Shown: positions 51,408-60,269, counted from the first letter of the stretch. The stretch: DNA of 64,000 nt from an uncultured Chloroflexia bacterium (GCA_963810065.1 CAWELX010000001.1:41750-105749); one strand, 5' to 3'. Numbers and translations are program-made. Notes: generated by a model not told the origin, from the sequence alone.

Positions 51408-52240
51408 CCGAGAGCCCGCAGGGTCATCTGGACGGCCGTGATGGCGAGCACGCCGACGAAGAGGAGGCGCAGCACGCGGACGTCGATCCGCGCCGCGACC
51501 CGCGACCCGACCATGGCCCCGATGAAGACGCCGACGGCCGTGGGCCCGGCAACGTACGGGTCGATCCCGCCGCGCAGCAGGTAGACGATGGCCGATGCCG
51601 CGGCCGTCACGCCGATCATCAGGTTGCTCGTCGCAGTCGCGACCTTGAGGGGCACGCCCATCACGAGGTGCATGAGCGGCACCTTCACGATGCCGCCGCC
51701 GACGCCCAGGAGCGCCGAGACGACCCCGGCGCCCAGGCTGCCGCCGGCACCGGCGACCAGGCGCCGGGGCTGGTAGCCGGGTCCGCGGATGTCGGCGGCC
51801 AGTGAGTCCGGCGCCGGATCCGGGTCCCCGCCGGCCGGCTCGGGCTCGTCGGCAGATGGGACGGCCGGCGCCGCCGTCGCGCGACCCGTGCGCAGCATCG
51901 TGACGGCCGTGTAGGCCAGGAGGAGCGCGAAGAGGCCCGCCAGGACCCGCTCCGGCAACAGGAAGGCCACCAGGCCGCCCAGGAGCGCCCCGGTCGCCGT
52001 GAACACCTCCAGGAGCATCCCGAGCCGCAGGTTCGCCAGGTGCCGCTCCAGGTACACTCCCGCCGCGGCGCTGCTTGTCACGATGACGCACACCAGGCTC
52101 ACGCCGACAGCCTCGCGGAAGGGCACGCCGAATCCGACGGTGAGGAGCGGGACGATGAGGATCCCGCCCCCCAGGCCGAGGAGCGAACCGAAGACGCCGG
52201 CACCGAAGCCGCCGGCCGCCAGGAGGAGCCCGATGATCAC
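51404..52240 (-). CDS. Sulfite exporter TauE/SafE family protein
   Basis: GSLLGLGGGILIVP, LLGVGGGIVKVP, ATATSNLMIGVT. Confidence 0.92.
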   Translation of the reverse strand: MIIGLLLAAGGFGAGVFGSLLGLGGGILIVPLLTVGFGVPFREAVGVSLVCVIVTSSAAAGVYLERHLANLRLGMLLEVFTATGALLGGLVAFLLPERVLAGLFALLLAYTAVTMLRTGRATAAPAVPSADEPEPAGGDPDPAPDSLAADIRGPGYQPRRLVAGAGGSLGAGVVSALLGVGGGIVKVPLMHLVMGVPLKVATATSNLMIGVTAAASAIVYLLRGGIDPYVAGPTAVGVFIGAMVGSRVAARIDVRVLRLLFVGVLAITAVQMTLRALG

Positions 52241-52274
52241 CCTGCGCTCGGCAGAGGAGTTCCCGGGCCGCTGA

Positions 52275-52541
52275 TCAGGGCCGCAGGTGCTGCGGCGCGT
52301 ACGGGAGCAGCGCCACGTGGCGTGCCCGCTTCAGCGCCACGGCAAGCTCACGCTGGTGCGCGGCGCACGTGCCGGTCTTGCGGCGGGGCTCGATCTTGGC
52401 CCGCTCGGAGAGGTAGCGGCGGAGGCGGCTGACCTCCTTGTAGTCGATCTGGGGCGTCTTGTCAGCGCAGAAGGCGCAGACCTTGCGGCGCCGGCGATCG
52501 CGGTAGTAGTCGTCGCGCTTCTTGGGTCGGGCGGGAGGCAT
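52275..52541 (-). CDS. rpsR: 30S ribosomal protein S18 (Zn-binding form)
   Basis: [26 protein letters not shown]. Confidence 0.98.
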   Translation of the reverse strand: MPPARPKKRDDYYRDRRRRKVCAFCADKTPQIDYKEVSRLRRYLSERAKIEPRRKTGTCAAHQRELAVALKRARHVALLPYAPQHLRP

Positions 52542-52566
52542 GACTGGATGAGCTCCTTCGAGTGTG

Positions 52567-53022
52567 TCAGAACGGGAGGTCGTCGAGATCCGACGGGGCG
52601 TCCTCGGGTGGGGCATCGCGACGGACGGGCGACGACGATGGCCGAGCGTCGGCGGGGAACGGCGGGGCGAAGCCGCTCTCGCCCTCTTCGCGCGGCCGGC
52701 GATCCAGGTTCGTGACCTGGTTGGCGACCAGCTCGGTGGTGTAGCGCTTCTGGCCCTGCTGGTCTTCCCACTGGCGGGTCTGGAGTCGGCCCTCCACGTA
52801 GACCTTCATGCCTTTGCGGAGGTTCTCGGCAGCCCGCTCGCCGAGCTGGGCCCACGCCACCACGCGGAACCACTCGGTCTCTTCCTGCCAGTTGCCGTCC
52901 TGGCCCTTGTAGTTGCGATTCACGGCGACGGTGAACTGCGTGACCGCCTGGCCGCTCGGGGTGTACCGCATCTCCGGGTCACGCCCGAGGTTCCCGATGA
53001 TCATCACCTTGTTCAGGGACAC
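52567..53022 (-). CDS. ssb: Single-stranded DNA-binding protein
   Basis: [20 protein letters not shown]. Confidence 0.98.
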   Translation of the reverse strand: MSLNKVMIIGNLGRDPEMRYTPSGQAVTQFTVAVNRNYKGQDGNWQEETEWFRVVAWAQLGERAAENLRKGMKVYVEGRLQTRQWEDQQGQKRYTTELVANQVTNLDRRPREEGESGFAPPFPADARPSSSPVRRDAPPEDAPSDLDDLPF

Positions 53023-53055
53023 GGGAGGGGCCTCCGTTTCGGGGCTGGAACGGTG

Positions 53056-53478
53056 TCAGTCGGTGGCCGCCGGGGCGGCTTCACTCTCCGACTCATCGAT
53101 CAGCTCGCCCTGCGGCTCCTCGTCCTCCTCGTCCGACAGGGCGGGGACCAGGTCGCCGTCATCGAGCTTGTCGCCGCGCGAGGCGCGGACGGGGCGATCG
53201 ACGCGGACCGTGAGATGGCGGAGCACGTCCTCGGTGATGAGGAGGGTCCGCTCTAGCTCCACGAGCGCCTCGGGGGGGGCGTCGAAGTGGATGATGTGGT
53301 ACGAACCGTCGCGGTACCGGTCGATCGGGTACGCGAGGCGGCGCCGGCCCCAGGGGGCGGCCTTGACGATCTGGCCGCCGGCATCGGTCAGCTGGCGGGT
53401 CGTCTTCTCCAGGACGGCCTGGATCCTGTCTTCCGGCGCGTCCGGCCGGAGGACGAGCATCAACTCATATCGGCGCAT
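53056..53478 (-). CDS. rpsF: 30S ribosomal protein S6
   Basis: MRRYELM, WGRRRLAYPI, VLRHL. Confidence 0.98.
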   Translation of the reverse strand: MRRYELMLVLRPDAPEDRIQAVLEKTTRQLTDAGGQIVKAAPWGRRRLAYPIDRYRDGSYHIIHFDAPPEALVELERTLLITEDVLRHLTVRVDRPVRASRGDKLDDGDLVPALSDEEDEEPQGELIDESESEAAPAATD

Positions 53479-53488
53479 GGCCGTGTCC

Positions 53489-53562
53489 GCTCCTTCCTAT
53501 GGGAAATGCCCCGCTCGGCGCGACCGGAACCCGGCCCGTCCCCCGGCAGAGCAGAAAGGACC
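53489..53562 (-). promoter_or_regulatory. Putative S6:S18 autoregulatory leader
   Basis: TCCTTTCT can pair with AGGAAGGA (SD sequestered); inner TGCC/GGCA stem; TG-n-TACACT promoter at 53568-53576. Confidence 0.6.
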
Positions 53563-53682
53563 GCGGGAGTGTACCACGGGGGTCCCGGCGGCCCGCGAAC
53601 AGGAGTGCCTCGGCGATCCTGCCGCTCCGCGTGTATCCTTCGCCCCGTTCAGCGCATCACGCCCGGGGGAGCCCCATCCACG

Positions 53683-54906
53683 GTGACGACGATCTCGATC
53701 CTCCTGCTCTCGGCCGACGCGGACGCCGCCGGCCCCATGGCCGACGTCCTGCGCGCGGGCGGACACCAGGTCACGACCCTCGCGGATCCTGACGAGGGGG
53801 TCCGGCGTGCCGGCGAGTTCACGCTGATCATCATCGACGCGGTCGAGCCGCCCCGGACGAGCGCGGACGTCTGCGCCGAGATCCGTCGGACGCCGGCCCT
53901 GGCCGCGGTTCCCGTGCTCTGCGTCAGCCGCCAGGACGACGTGGAGGACCGCGTTCGCTTCCTGGAAGCCGGCGCCGACGATGTCATCGCCCGGCCCTTC
54001 GATCCGCGCGAGCTCGAGGCGCGCGTCGAGGGCCTGCTGATCCGCTTCCAGCGCTCGCACGACCTGGCGCCCCTGACGGCGGGCGCGGCTGCGGTGGCCG
54101 GCCGCCGACGCCTGATCGCCTGCTTCAGCCCGAAGGGCGGCGTGGGGACGACCACGATCGCGGTCAACGTGGCGGTCGTGCTCGCCAACCTGTTCCCCAA
54201 CCGGGCCGCGATCATGGACCTCGACCTCGACTTCGGCCAGGTGGCCACCCATCTCAACGTCAAGCCTCGGCTGACGGTTTCCGACCTCGCCGGGGACGAC
54301 AGCTCCACCCGCGAGCCGGAGCTGATGCGGTCGTATGCGGACAAGACGGAGGCGGGGCTCATGGTCTTTGCCGCCCCGGCGACGCCGGAGCACGGAAGAC
54401 TCATCACGCCGGCCCAGGTCGACCAGATCCTCGCTACGGCACCGCTCGCCTACGAGGCGGTGGTGATCGACGTTGGATCCACCCTCGACGAGCGCGCCCT
54501 CGTGGTGCTCGACCGCGCCGACGCCGTCATCGTGCCCTTGATCCCCGAGATCGGGGCACTGAAGGCGCTCCACGGCTTCCTGGAGTACGTCGAGGATGAG
54601 GGCGCGGTGCCCGCCAAGTCCACCTTCGTGCTCAACCATCTCTTCGCCCGCGACATGCTCTCCATGAAGCAGGTCGAGTCCGCCATCGGGGCCCGCGTGG
54701 ACACCGAGCTCCCGTACGACGTCGGCCTGTATCTCAAGGCCGTCAACGAGGGCATCCCGGTGGTTCGCAGCGCCCCCGGATCGGCCCCGGCCCGGGCTCT
54801 GGCGCACCTCGCCACGCTCACGGCCGGCATCGAGGACGTCGCGGAGACCGAGCGCGACACCCGGCGCAGCGGCGGGCTGTTCGGGGGCCTGCGCCGCCGC
54901 AACTGA
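53683..54906 (+). CDS. Receiver domain + MinD/ParA-type ATPase (CpaE/TadZ-like)
   Basis: REC-like ..EAGADDVIARPF; deviant Walker A SPKGGVGTTT; DLDLDFG; AVNEGIP; GTG start. Confidence 0.85.
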   Translation: MTTISILLLSADADAAGPMADVLRAGGHQVTTLADPDEGVRRAGEFTLIIIDAVEPPRTSADVCAEIRRTPALAAVPVLCVSRQDDVEDRVRFLEAGADDVIARPFDPRELEARVEGLLIRFQRSHDLAPLTAGAAAVAGRRRLIACFSPKGGVGTTTIAVNVAVVLANLFPNRAAIMDLDLDFGQVATHLNVKPRLTVSDLAGDDSSTREPELMRSYADKTEAGLMVFAAPATPEHGRLITPAQVDQILATAPLAYEAVVIDVGSTLDERALVVLDRADAVIVPLIPEIGALKALHGFLEYVEDEGAVPAKSTFVLNHLFARDMLSMKQVESAIGARVDTELPYDVGLYLKAVNEGIPVVRSAPGSAPARALAHLATLTAGIEDVAETERDTRRSGGLFGGLRRRN

Positions 54907-55019
54907 TCCGGCCGCGGTCGGTCAGCCGGTGACCTGCGCCGTCGGACCTGATCGGCAGCGGCCCGTTCGGCCCTGCGCCGTCGGACCTGATCCGGCCGCG
55001 GCGGGTCAGCCGGTGACCT
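54903..55019. repeat. Three degenerate 39-45-bp units between convergent genes
   Basis: CTGATCCGGCCGCGG..GGTCAGCCGGTGACCT at 54903 and 54987; CCTGCGCCGTCGGACCTGATC twice. Confidence 0.8.
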
Positions 55020-55395
55020 TGACCTGGCCGGCCTGCACGATCGAGATGGAGCCGCCCCACGCGCAGGTACAGCGCGACGTGCTGGTCAGCGCCGGCACGC
55101 CGCCGACCGAGACCTTCGGGGAGCCCGGGGCCCACGGGCCAGTGATCACCGGGATGCAGGGCTGCGGCGTCAGCACGCCGGACGCAGCCGACGTCGCCGC
55201 GGCCACCTGGGGGTTCGTGGGGGTGGAGCACATGCCGAACGGAGGGACGTTCATCATCGGGACGCTGTCGGCGATGCGCGCCAGGAGCTGACCCCCGGCC
55301 TGGATCGGCGGGCCGGACGGCACCACGGTGAGGTTGGCCGGGCTGGTCCCGAACATGCACGTCATCTGGGCCCCGTTGACCACCAGCTCCGGCAT
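55006..55395 (-). CDS. DUF4280 PAAR-like protein
   Basis: VVNGAQMTCMFG, NVPPFGMC, NPQVAAAT, PQPCIP, WAPG, CTCAWGGSISI..GQ; GGGGAGG SD. Confidence 0.9.
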   Translation of the reverse strand: MPELVVNGAQMTCMFGTSPANLTVVPSGPPIQAGGQLLARIADSVPMMNVPPFGMCSTPTNPQVAAATSAASGVLTPQPCIPVITGPWAPGSPKVSVGGVPALTSTSRCTCAWGGSISIVQAGQVKVTG

Positions 55396-55647
55396 GCCTG
55401 GCCTCCCCTGCTCCACGCTTCTCCGGCGGCGGAGGGCGCCAGTTTCGCACGCGGCGCTCTTCCCGAACGGGCAGTCCACGGTGCCCCGGCGGGTGCAGCC
55501 GACCGGGCCTGCCCGTGCCCCCGGTGCGGGGTCCCGTCCGACAAGGGCGTACGGGGCGGCGCACGCGGGCCCGCGTGCCTCGTTCGACAATAGCCGCGAA
55601 CCTCGTCGCCGGCGGGGTCAGGGACGCCGCAGGGAGGGAACTCAACG

Positions 55648-56094
55648 ATGAGCGTCGCCTTCGACCATCAGCCCCATCCCAGGATCGCTGCGCGCACGAA
55701 GACGGGGCCGCCGAAGAGCACCGACGAGCACGTCGGCTTCAACGGGCGCCTGGCCCTCCTCCTGACCACGGCGGTCGGGACGATGTGGGCCGCCTATGTC
55801 TTCGCGGTCCTCGCCCTGGTCGCCCTGCCGTCGGCGCTTGGCGGCGGCCTGCTCCCGCTCATCCAGTGGGTGAGCCAGACGTTCATCCAGCTGGTGATGC
55901 TCTCGGTGATCATGGTTGGCCAGAACATTGTCAGCCGCGCCGCCGACAAGCGCGCCGATATGACCTACCGCGACGCCGAGGCGATCTTCCACGAGGCCGA
56001 ACAGATCCAGGCCCACCTCAAGGCGCAGGACGACGCCCTGAACGCGCTGCTCGACAAGATCCAGAAGCTCGAGGCCGCCCAACCCGGGGCATGA
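55648..56094 (+). CDS. DUF1003-like membrane protein
   Basis: Two TMs, then SVIMVGQN..ADKRA and coiled coil; GGAGG SD. Confidence 0.8.
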   Translation: MSVAFDHQPHPRIAARTKTGPPKSTDEHVGFNGRLALLLTTAVGTMWAAYVFAVLALVALPSALGGGLLPLIQWVSQTFIQLVMLSVIMVGQNIVSRAADKRADMTYRDAEAIFHEAEQIQAHLKAQDDALNALLDKIQKLEAAQPGA

Positions 56095-56196
56095 CACCGT
56101 CTCCCGCATCCACCTCCGGACGCGCCAACGCGCCCGGCCCGCCTGGTGCCGATCGCGTCGTGGACGGCAACCCGGGCGCGCTCGCGTTGTGGTCGA

Positions 56197-56409
56197 TCAG
56201 GGGTGGCGGCGCCGCGCGCGCCACACCCAGATGCGCCAGGCGATGAACGCAATGGCGACCTGGGCGGCGGCCGCGATGATCACGCGAGCCAGGCGAAGAC
56301 GTTCCGCGGTGCGCCGGGCCGCGATGCCCGCGTCAACCAGCTCCGCCCGGATACGCCGGACCTCGGCCGAGACGTCCGGCGTCGACTCGGACTTCGGCAT
56401 CTCCTCCAT
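56197..56409 (-). CDS. Small hypothetical membrane protein (70 aa)
   Basis: AGGAGG SD 6 nt before ATG; C-terminal TM and basic tail. Confidence 0.6.
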   Translation of the reverse strand: MEEMPKSESTPDVSAEVRRIRAELVDAGIAARRTAERLRLARVIIAAAAQVAIAFIAWRIWVWRARRRHP

Positions 56410-56595
56410 CTCGGACCTCCTCTCGCCCCGCGGGCCGCCCTCTTCCACCGCTGGCCCGCGCACCCGACGCCGTGAGTCTCGCACATCGGAGGAAGCACCG
56501 GCCCCCGGACACCCGGTGCGCGTCCGTCCCCACGAGCGGCGCGGAGCGGAGCGCCCGGCGCGGAGCTGCGGGTGTCAGCACGATCCCGCGGCGCT

Positions 56596-56775
56596 TCACT
56601 CTCGGCCGGCGCGCGCCTCGAGCACCTTCGTCGGCTGCGCCTCGGGCGTCTCGACGATGAGGACGGCATCGTTTTCCGCGGGCGAGAACTCGCAGTCACC
56701 CGGACGGAGGAGGCACGTCCGTCGGTCGCGGTCGTAGCCCGGGCAGTCCTCGGTCATGGGGCAATCGTCGAGCAT
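56596..56775 (-). CDS. Small 4-Cys protein (59 aa), probably leaderless
   Basis: MLDDCPMTEDCPGYDRDRRTCLLRPGDCEF..; TTGACA-17-GATCGT-6-ATG. Confidence 0.6.
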   Translation of the reverse strand: MLDDCPMTEDCPGYDRDRRTCLLRPGDCEFSPAENDAVLIVETPEAQPTKVLEARAGRE

Positions 56776-56781
56776 GGCTGA

Positions 56782-56864
56782 ACGATCCACTTGGGATCCC
56801 TGCCTGTCAACCTCGGCAGCGGAGCCGTCGACCTCGGGCAGGACGCCGGCGAGCTCAACCTCGT
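56782..56864 (-). promoter_or_regulatory. Promoter with CGAGGTYGA direct repeats
   Basis: -35 TTGACA at 56805-56810; repeats at 56806, 56827, 56854. Confidence 0.55.
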
Positions 56865-56961
56865 GATGCCATCGGCGAGTCGCCGCGGGCGATGCCGCGG
56901 CCGTCGTGCAGGCACCGCCGGTGGGGCGGCGTCGGGCCGGTGTCAAGGTGCCGCGAACGGA

Positions 56962-57492
56962 TCAGCCGTAGCCACCGCGACCCTGCAGGCCCTTGAGGCA
57001 GGCGATCTCGCCGGTGATCGAGTCGACGTGGGCGCAGAGCAGGCGGACGACGGCCCACCCAAGCGTCCGGCGTCCGCGTCCCAGCGGCGTGAGATCGAGC
57101 TCGCGCTCGAGGTCCTCGGGACCAAGGCCAGCCAGGAGGGCATCGGATCCTGCCCAGACGGCGCGGCCGTACTCGAGCAGGGCGGCCTGGTCCACGCGCA
57201 GCCGTCGTGCCCACGCCGCGTAGTCGGCCCAGGCTGGACCTGGCATCGGCATCGGTTCGCTGAGGCCTGTTCGCCCGGCGAACTCGCTCGTCATGAGTGG
57301 TCCGCGGGTGGTCAGGATGGCGTTGACCATCACATCCTCGGACACGAGCACGTGGGCTAGGGTCGCGCCGATCGGGTTGGCGGTGCCCGGCGGAGCCCAC
57401 TCGAGCGCGCCTTCATCCAGGCCGGTCACGGTGCGCTCAAGCGCTCCGTGCGCATCCGCGAGCGCCTCGCGGAGCAGTGCCACGCTGTCCAT
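56962..57492 (-). CDS. DinB/YfiT family protein
   Basis: L.W.PPGTANPIGATLAHV..ED; C-terminal H...E..CLKGLQG.GY. Confidence 0.85.
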   Translation of the reverse strand: MDSVALLREALADAHGALERTVTGLDEGALEWAPPGTANPIGATLAHVLVSEDVMVNAILTTRGPLMTSEFAGRTGLSEPMPMPGPAWADYAAWARRLRVDQAALLEYGRAVWAGSDALLAGLGPEDLERELDLTPLGRGRRTLGWAVVRLLCAHVDSITGEIACLKGLQGRGGYG

Positions 57493-57659
57493 TGCGTCCT
57501 CGATGGGTTCGGCCGCAACGGCGAGCGCCGCGCCGGGCCGGCGGAGGCCATTCTGCGCGCTTCAGCCCGGCCGGCACGCGTCATGCAACGCCCGGACGGC
57601 CCGTGTGCGTCGCATCCTCCGGGACCGGGGGCCGGGTTGCCCCTCGGGCCAACCGAGCG

Positions 57660-57746
57660 TGGTGCCGAGGGTGAGATTCGAACTCACAAGGACTCTCGCC
57701 CAGCCGAGTTTAAGTCGGCCGCGTCTGCCGGTTCCGCCACCTCGGC
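57660..57746 (-). tRNA. tRNA-Leu(TAA)
   Basis: Cloverleaf, long variable arm, anticodon TAA, CCA end. Confidence 0.96.
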
Positions 57747-57871
57747 GTGTTCGCGGGCATCGTATCGCGGCCAGCCACGGCCGGCACCAGGACGCTCCGT
57801 CGGAGCCGGGTCCCAACGGGGCCGAATTCGAAACGCCCGCCGTGCCGGCGGGCGCTGGTCAGGTCGGAGTG

Positions 57872-57948
57872 TGGAGGCGACGATCGGATTCGAACCGATG
57901 AATAAGGGTTTTGCAGACCCCCGCGTTAGGCCTCTTCGCCACGTCGCC
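57872..57948 (-). tRNA. tRNA-Cys(GCA)
   Basis: GGCGACG..CTGCAAA..GTTCGAATC..CCA. Confidence 0.96.
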
Positions 57949-57957
57949 CCGGGTGAT

Positions 57958-58031
57958 TGGCTGGCCCTCGAGGATTCGAACCTCGGTTCACGGATCCAAA
58001 GTCCGCTGTCCTACCACTAGACGAAGGGCCA
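57958..58031 (-). tRNA. tRNA-Gln(TTG)
   Basis: TGGCCCT..CTTTGGA..GTTCGAATC..CCA. Confidence 0.96.
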
Positions 58032-58066
58032 GCGGCGTGAGACCAGCACGTCTCCAGGCAAGAAAA

Positions 58067-58142
58067 TGGAGCGGAAGACGGGACTCGAACCCGCGACCCT
58101 CACCTTGGCAAGGTGATGCTCTACCAACTGAGCCACTTCCGC
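58067..58142 (-). tRNA. tRNA-Gly(GCC)
   Basis: GCGGAAG..TTGCCAA..GTTCGAGTC..CCA. Confidence 0.97.
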
Positions 58143-58165
58143 TCGGATCGCCGCAGCGGGGCTGG

Positions 58166-58241
58166 TGGTGCCGAGAGGCAGACTTGAACTGCCGACACCG
58201 CGATTTTCAGTCGCGTGCTCTACCAACTGAGCTATCTCGGC
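58166..58241 (-). tRNA. tRNA-Phe(GAA)
   Basis: GCCGAGA..CTGAAAA..GTTCAAGTC..CCA. Confidence 0.97.
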
Positions 58242-58462
58242 CCGTAGGCCCCGCCAGGCGTCGCCGCCCGTCGGCGAGCACGAAGGTACCACGAAGGGTC
58301 CCCTCTCGCAAGGAAGGCACCCGCTGCCAGGGCCGTCGCCGCGTCGACCCGCCAGGCGGTTCCACGACGCCGGCCGGGGCATCGACCCGCCGGGCGCCTC
58401 CGGGGAAGGCGCCCCGTCACCGGCCCGCCGGCCGCGGTGGCGCCGGCGACGGGTTCACGGGT

Positions 58463-59440
58463 TCAGTCGCTGGCCGCGACGTCCGGCATGCCGGCCGCGT
58501 CGATCGGAGCATCCCCGGTGAGGCTCCGCAGGCGGTTGATGCGGTCCAGGATCGGCGGGTGCGTCGAGAAGAGCCCCTTCGACCGCGACTCGGACTTCCG
58601 GATCGGGTTCCGGAAGTAGAGGTGCTGGGTGGCCCGGTTCGCCACCTCGAGGACCTCCTTGTCCTCGGCAAGCACGGCGAGCGCCCGCTGGAGCCCGTAG
58701 GGGTTGCGGGTCAGCTCCACCGAGCTGGCGTCGGCGAGGTACTCGCGCTGACGGCTGACCGCCAGCTGCACGAGCCGGCCGAAGAACGGGGCCAGGAGCG
58801 CCAGGAGGATGGCGAGCATGAAGACGACGGCCTGCAGCCCGCCGCCGCCGCGGTCCGAGGACGATGACCGCCGGCCCATCCCGCCCCAGAAGGTCATCCG
58901 CAGGAAGACGTCGGCCACCAGGGCGATCGTGCCGACCAGGACGCCGACCAGCATCGCGTACCGGATGTCGTAGTTACGGACGTGCGACAGCTCGTGGCCC
59001 ACGACGCCCTGGAGCTCCTCGCGGTCGAGCCGGGCCAGGATGCCGGTCGTCGCCGCGATCGACGCGTGCGCCGGGTCGCGACCGGTGGCGAATGCATTAA
59101 GGGCGGTGTCGTCGATGAGATAGACGCTTGGCATCGGCATGCCGGCCGCCAGCGTGAGCTCGCGCACGACGTTGATCAGCTGGGGCGCCTCGGCCTCCGT
59201 GGCCGGCCGGGCCTTGGAGGCCGCGAGCACGACGCGGTCGCCCGAGAAGTAGCCGACCAGCGAGGACACGATGGCGATGATGCCGAAGATGCCCAGCCAC
59301 CCGAGCCCGCCGGCGACGACGCCGGTCGTCCCGTACCCGATCGCGAAGCCCAGCACGGCCAGCAGGGCAACGATGACCAGCACCAGCAGGATCGAGTTCC
59401 GGCGGTTGGCGGAGGCCTGGTTCTGGAAGGATGCGGCCAT
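58463..59440 (-). CDS. htpX: M48 metalloprotease HtpX-like
   Basis: NAFATG, GHELSH, SRQREYLAD, FSTHPP..RI. Confidence 0.93.
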   Translation of the reverse strand: MAASFQNQASANRRNSILLVLVIVALLAVLGFAIGYGTTGVVAGGLGWLGIFGIIAIVSSLVGYFSGDRVVLAASKARPATEAEAPQLINVVRELTLAAGMPMPSVYLIDDTALNAFATGRDPAHASIAATTGILARLDREELQGVVGHELSHVRNYDIRYAMLVGVLVGTIALVADVFLRMTFWGGMGRRSSSSDRGGGGLQAVVFMLAILLALLAPFFGRLVQLAVSRQREYLADASSVELTRNPYGLQRALAVLAEDKEVLEVANRATQHLYFRNPIRKSESRSKGLFSTHPPILDRINRLRSLTGDAPIDAAGMPDVAASD

Positions 59441-59478
59441 GGTGGCGTCCGCAGCCGGGATCGCCCCGACGGCGGAGG

Positions 59479-60045
59479 TCAGCGAAGCGCGACGACCGGG
59501 ACCGCGTCGGCCTCCGGCTCGGCATCGAAGAACTCACGCTTCGTGAAGCCGAGGGGACCCGCGACGAGGACCGAGGGGATCGTCTGGATGGTGGTGTTGT
59601 AGTCGTTGACCGTCGCGTTGTAGTGCTGGCGCGAGAAGCTGATCTGGTTCTCGGTCGTCGTGAGCTGCTCCTGCAGGGCGAGGACGTTCTCGTTCGCCTT
59701 CAGCTGCGGGTAGTTCTCGGCGACGGCGAAGAGCGAGCGGAGCGCGCCGCTGAGCTGGTTCTCGGCCTGCACCTGGGCCTGGGACACTGTCCCCTCTGCG
59801 CCGGCGGCGACCGCGTTCGCGCGTGCCTCGGTGACGCGGGTGAGCACTTCCTGCTCGAACCCCATGTAGTCCTTGACCGCGGCAATGAGGTTCGGCACCA
59901 GGTCGTGGCGCCGCTTGAGCTGAACCTCGATCTGCCCGACGGCCTCGTCGACCCGGTTGCGCTTCGTGACGAGCCCGTTGTAGAGGAGCACGCCGACGAT
60001 GACGACCACGCCGACGATGACGAGCAGGATGATCCCGAGCTCCAT
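59479..60045 (-). CDS. lemA: LemA family protein
   Basis: QLKRRHDLVPNL, AENYPQLKAN, RQHYNATV. Confidence 0.95.
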   Translation of the reverse strand: MELGIILLVIVGVVVIVGVLLYNGLVTKRNRVDEAVGQIEVQLKRRHDLVPNLIAAVKDYMGFEQEVLTRVTEARANAVAAGAEGTVSQAQVQAENQLSGALRSLFAVAENYPQLKANENVLALQEQLTTTENQISFSRQHYNATVNDYNTTIQTIPSVLVAGPLGFTKREFFDAEPEADAVPVVALR

Positions 60046-60162
60046 GGTCCCTCCGGTGGCACACCGGCGGCGGATGCCGCCCCCGCCAGAGTGTACGCCG
60101 CGCGTGCTGCACCACGCAGGGAGGACGACCGCCTCACAGCGCCCCACAGCGTCCCGCGGCGA

Positions 60163-60239
60163 TGGTGGGCGGTGGAGGGCTCGAACCTCCGGCCTCCTCG
60201 GTGTAAGCGAGGCGCTCTGACCGACTGAGCTAACCGCCC
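60163..60239 (-). tRNA. tRNA-Val(TAC)
   Basis: GGGCGGT..CTTACAC..GTTCGAGCC..CCA. Confidence 0.96.
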
Positions 60240-60269
60240 GCCGAGCCGGGCGCTGGGCCCGGAGACACG

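Noticed and set aside
54903-55019. Possible mini CRISPR array
   Set aside because: Units are degenerate copies of local gene ends, the 'spacers' repeat each other, and there are no cas genes
55400-55640. c-di-GMP or guanidine-III riboswitch near DUF4280/DUF1003
   Set aside because: Only fragments match (GGGCAC/GTGC, GACAAG, GGGACGC); the full consensus order and pairing are absent
53683-57746. Genomic island integrated at tRNA-Leu(TAA)
   Set aside because: No integrase, no duplicated tRNA 3' end found, and no obvious compositional shift
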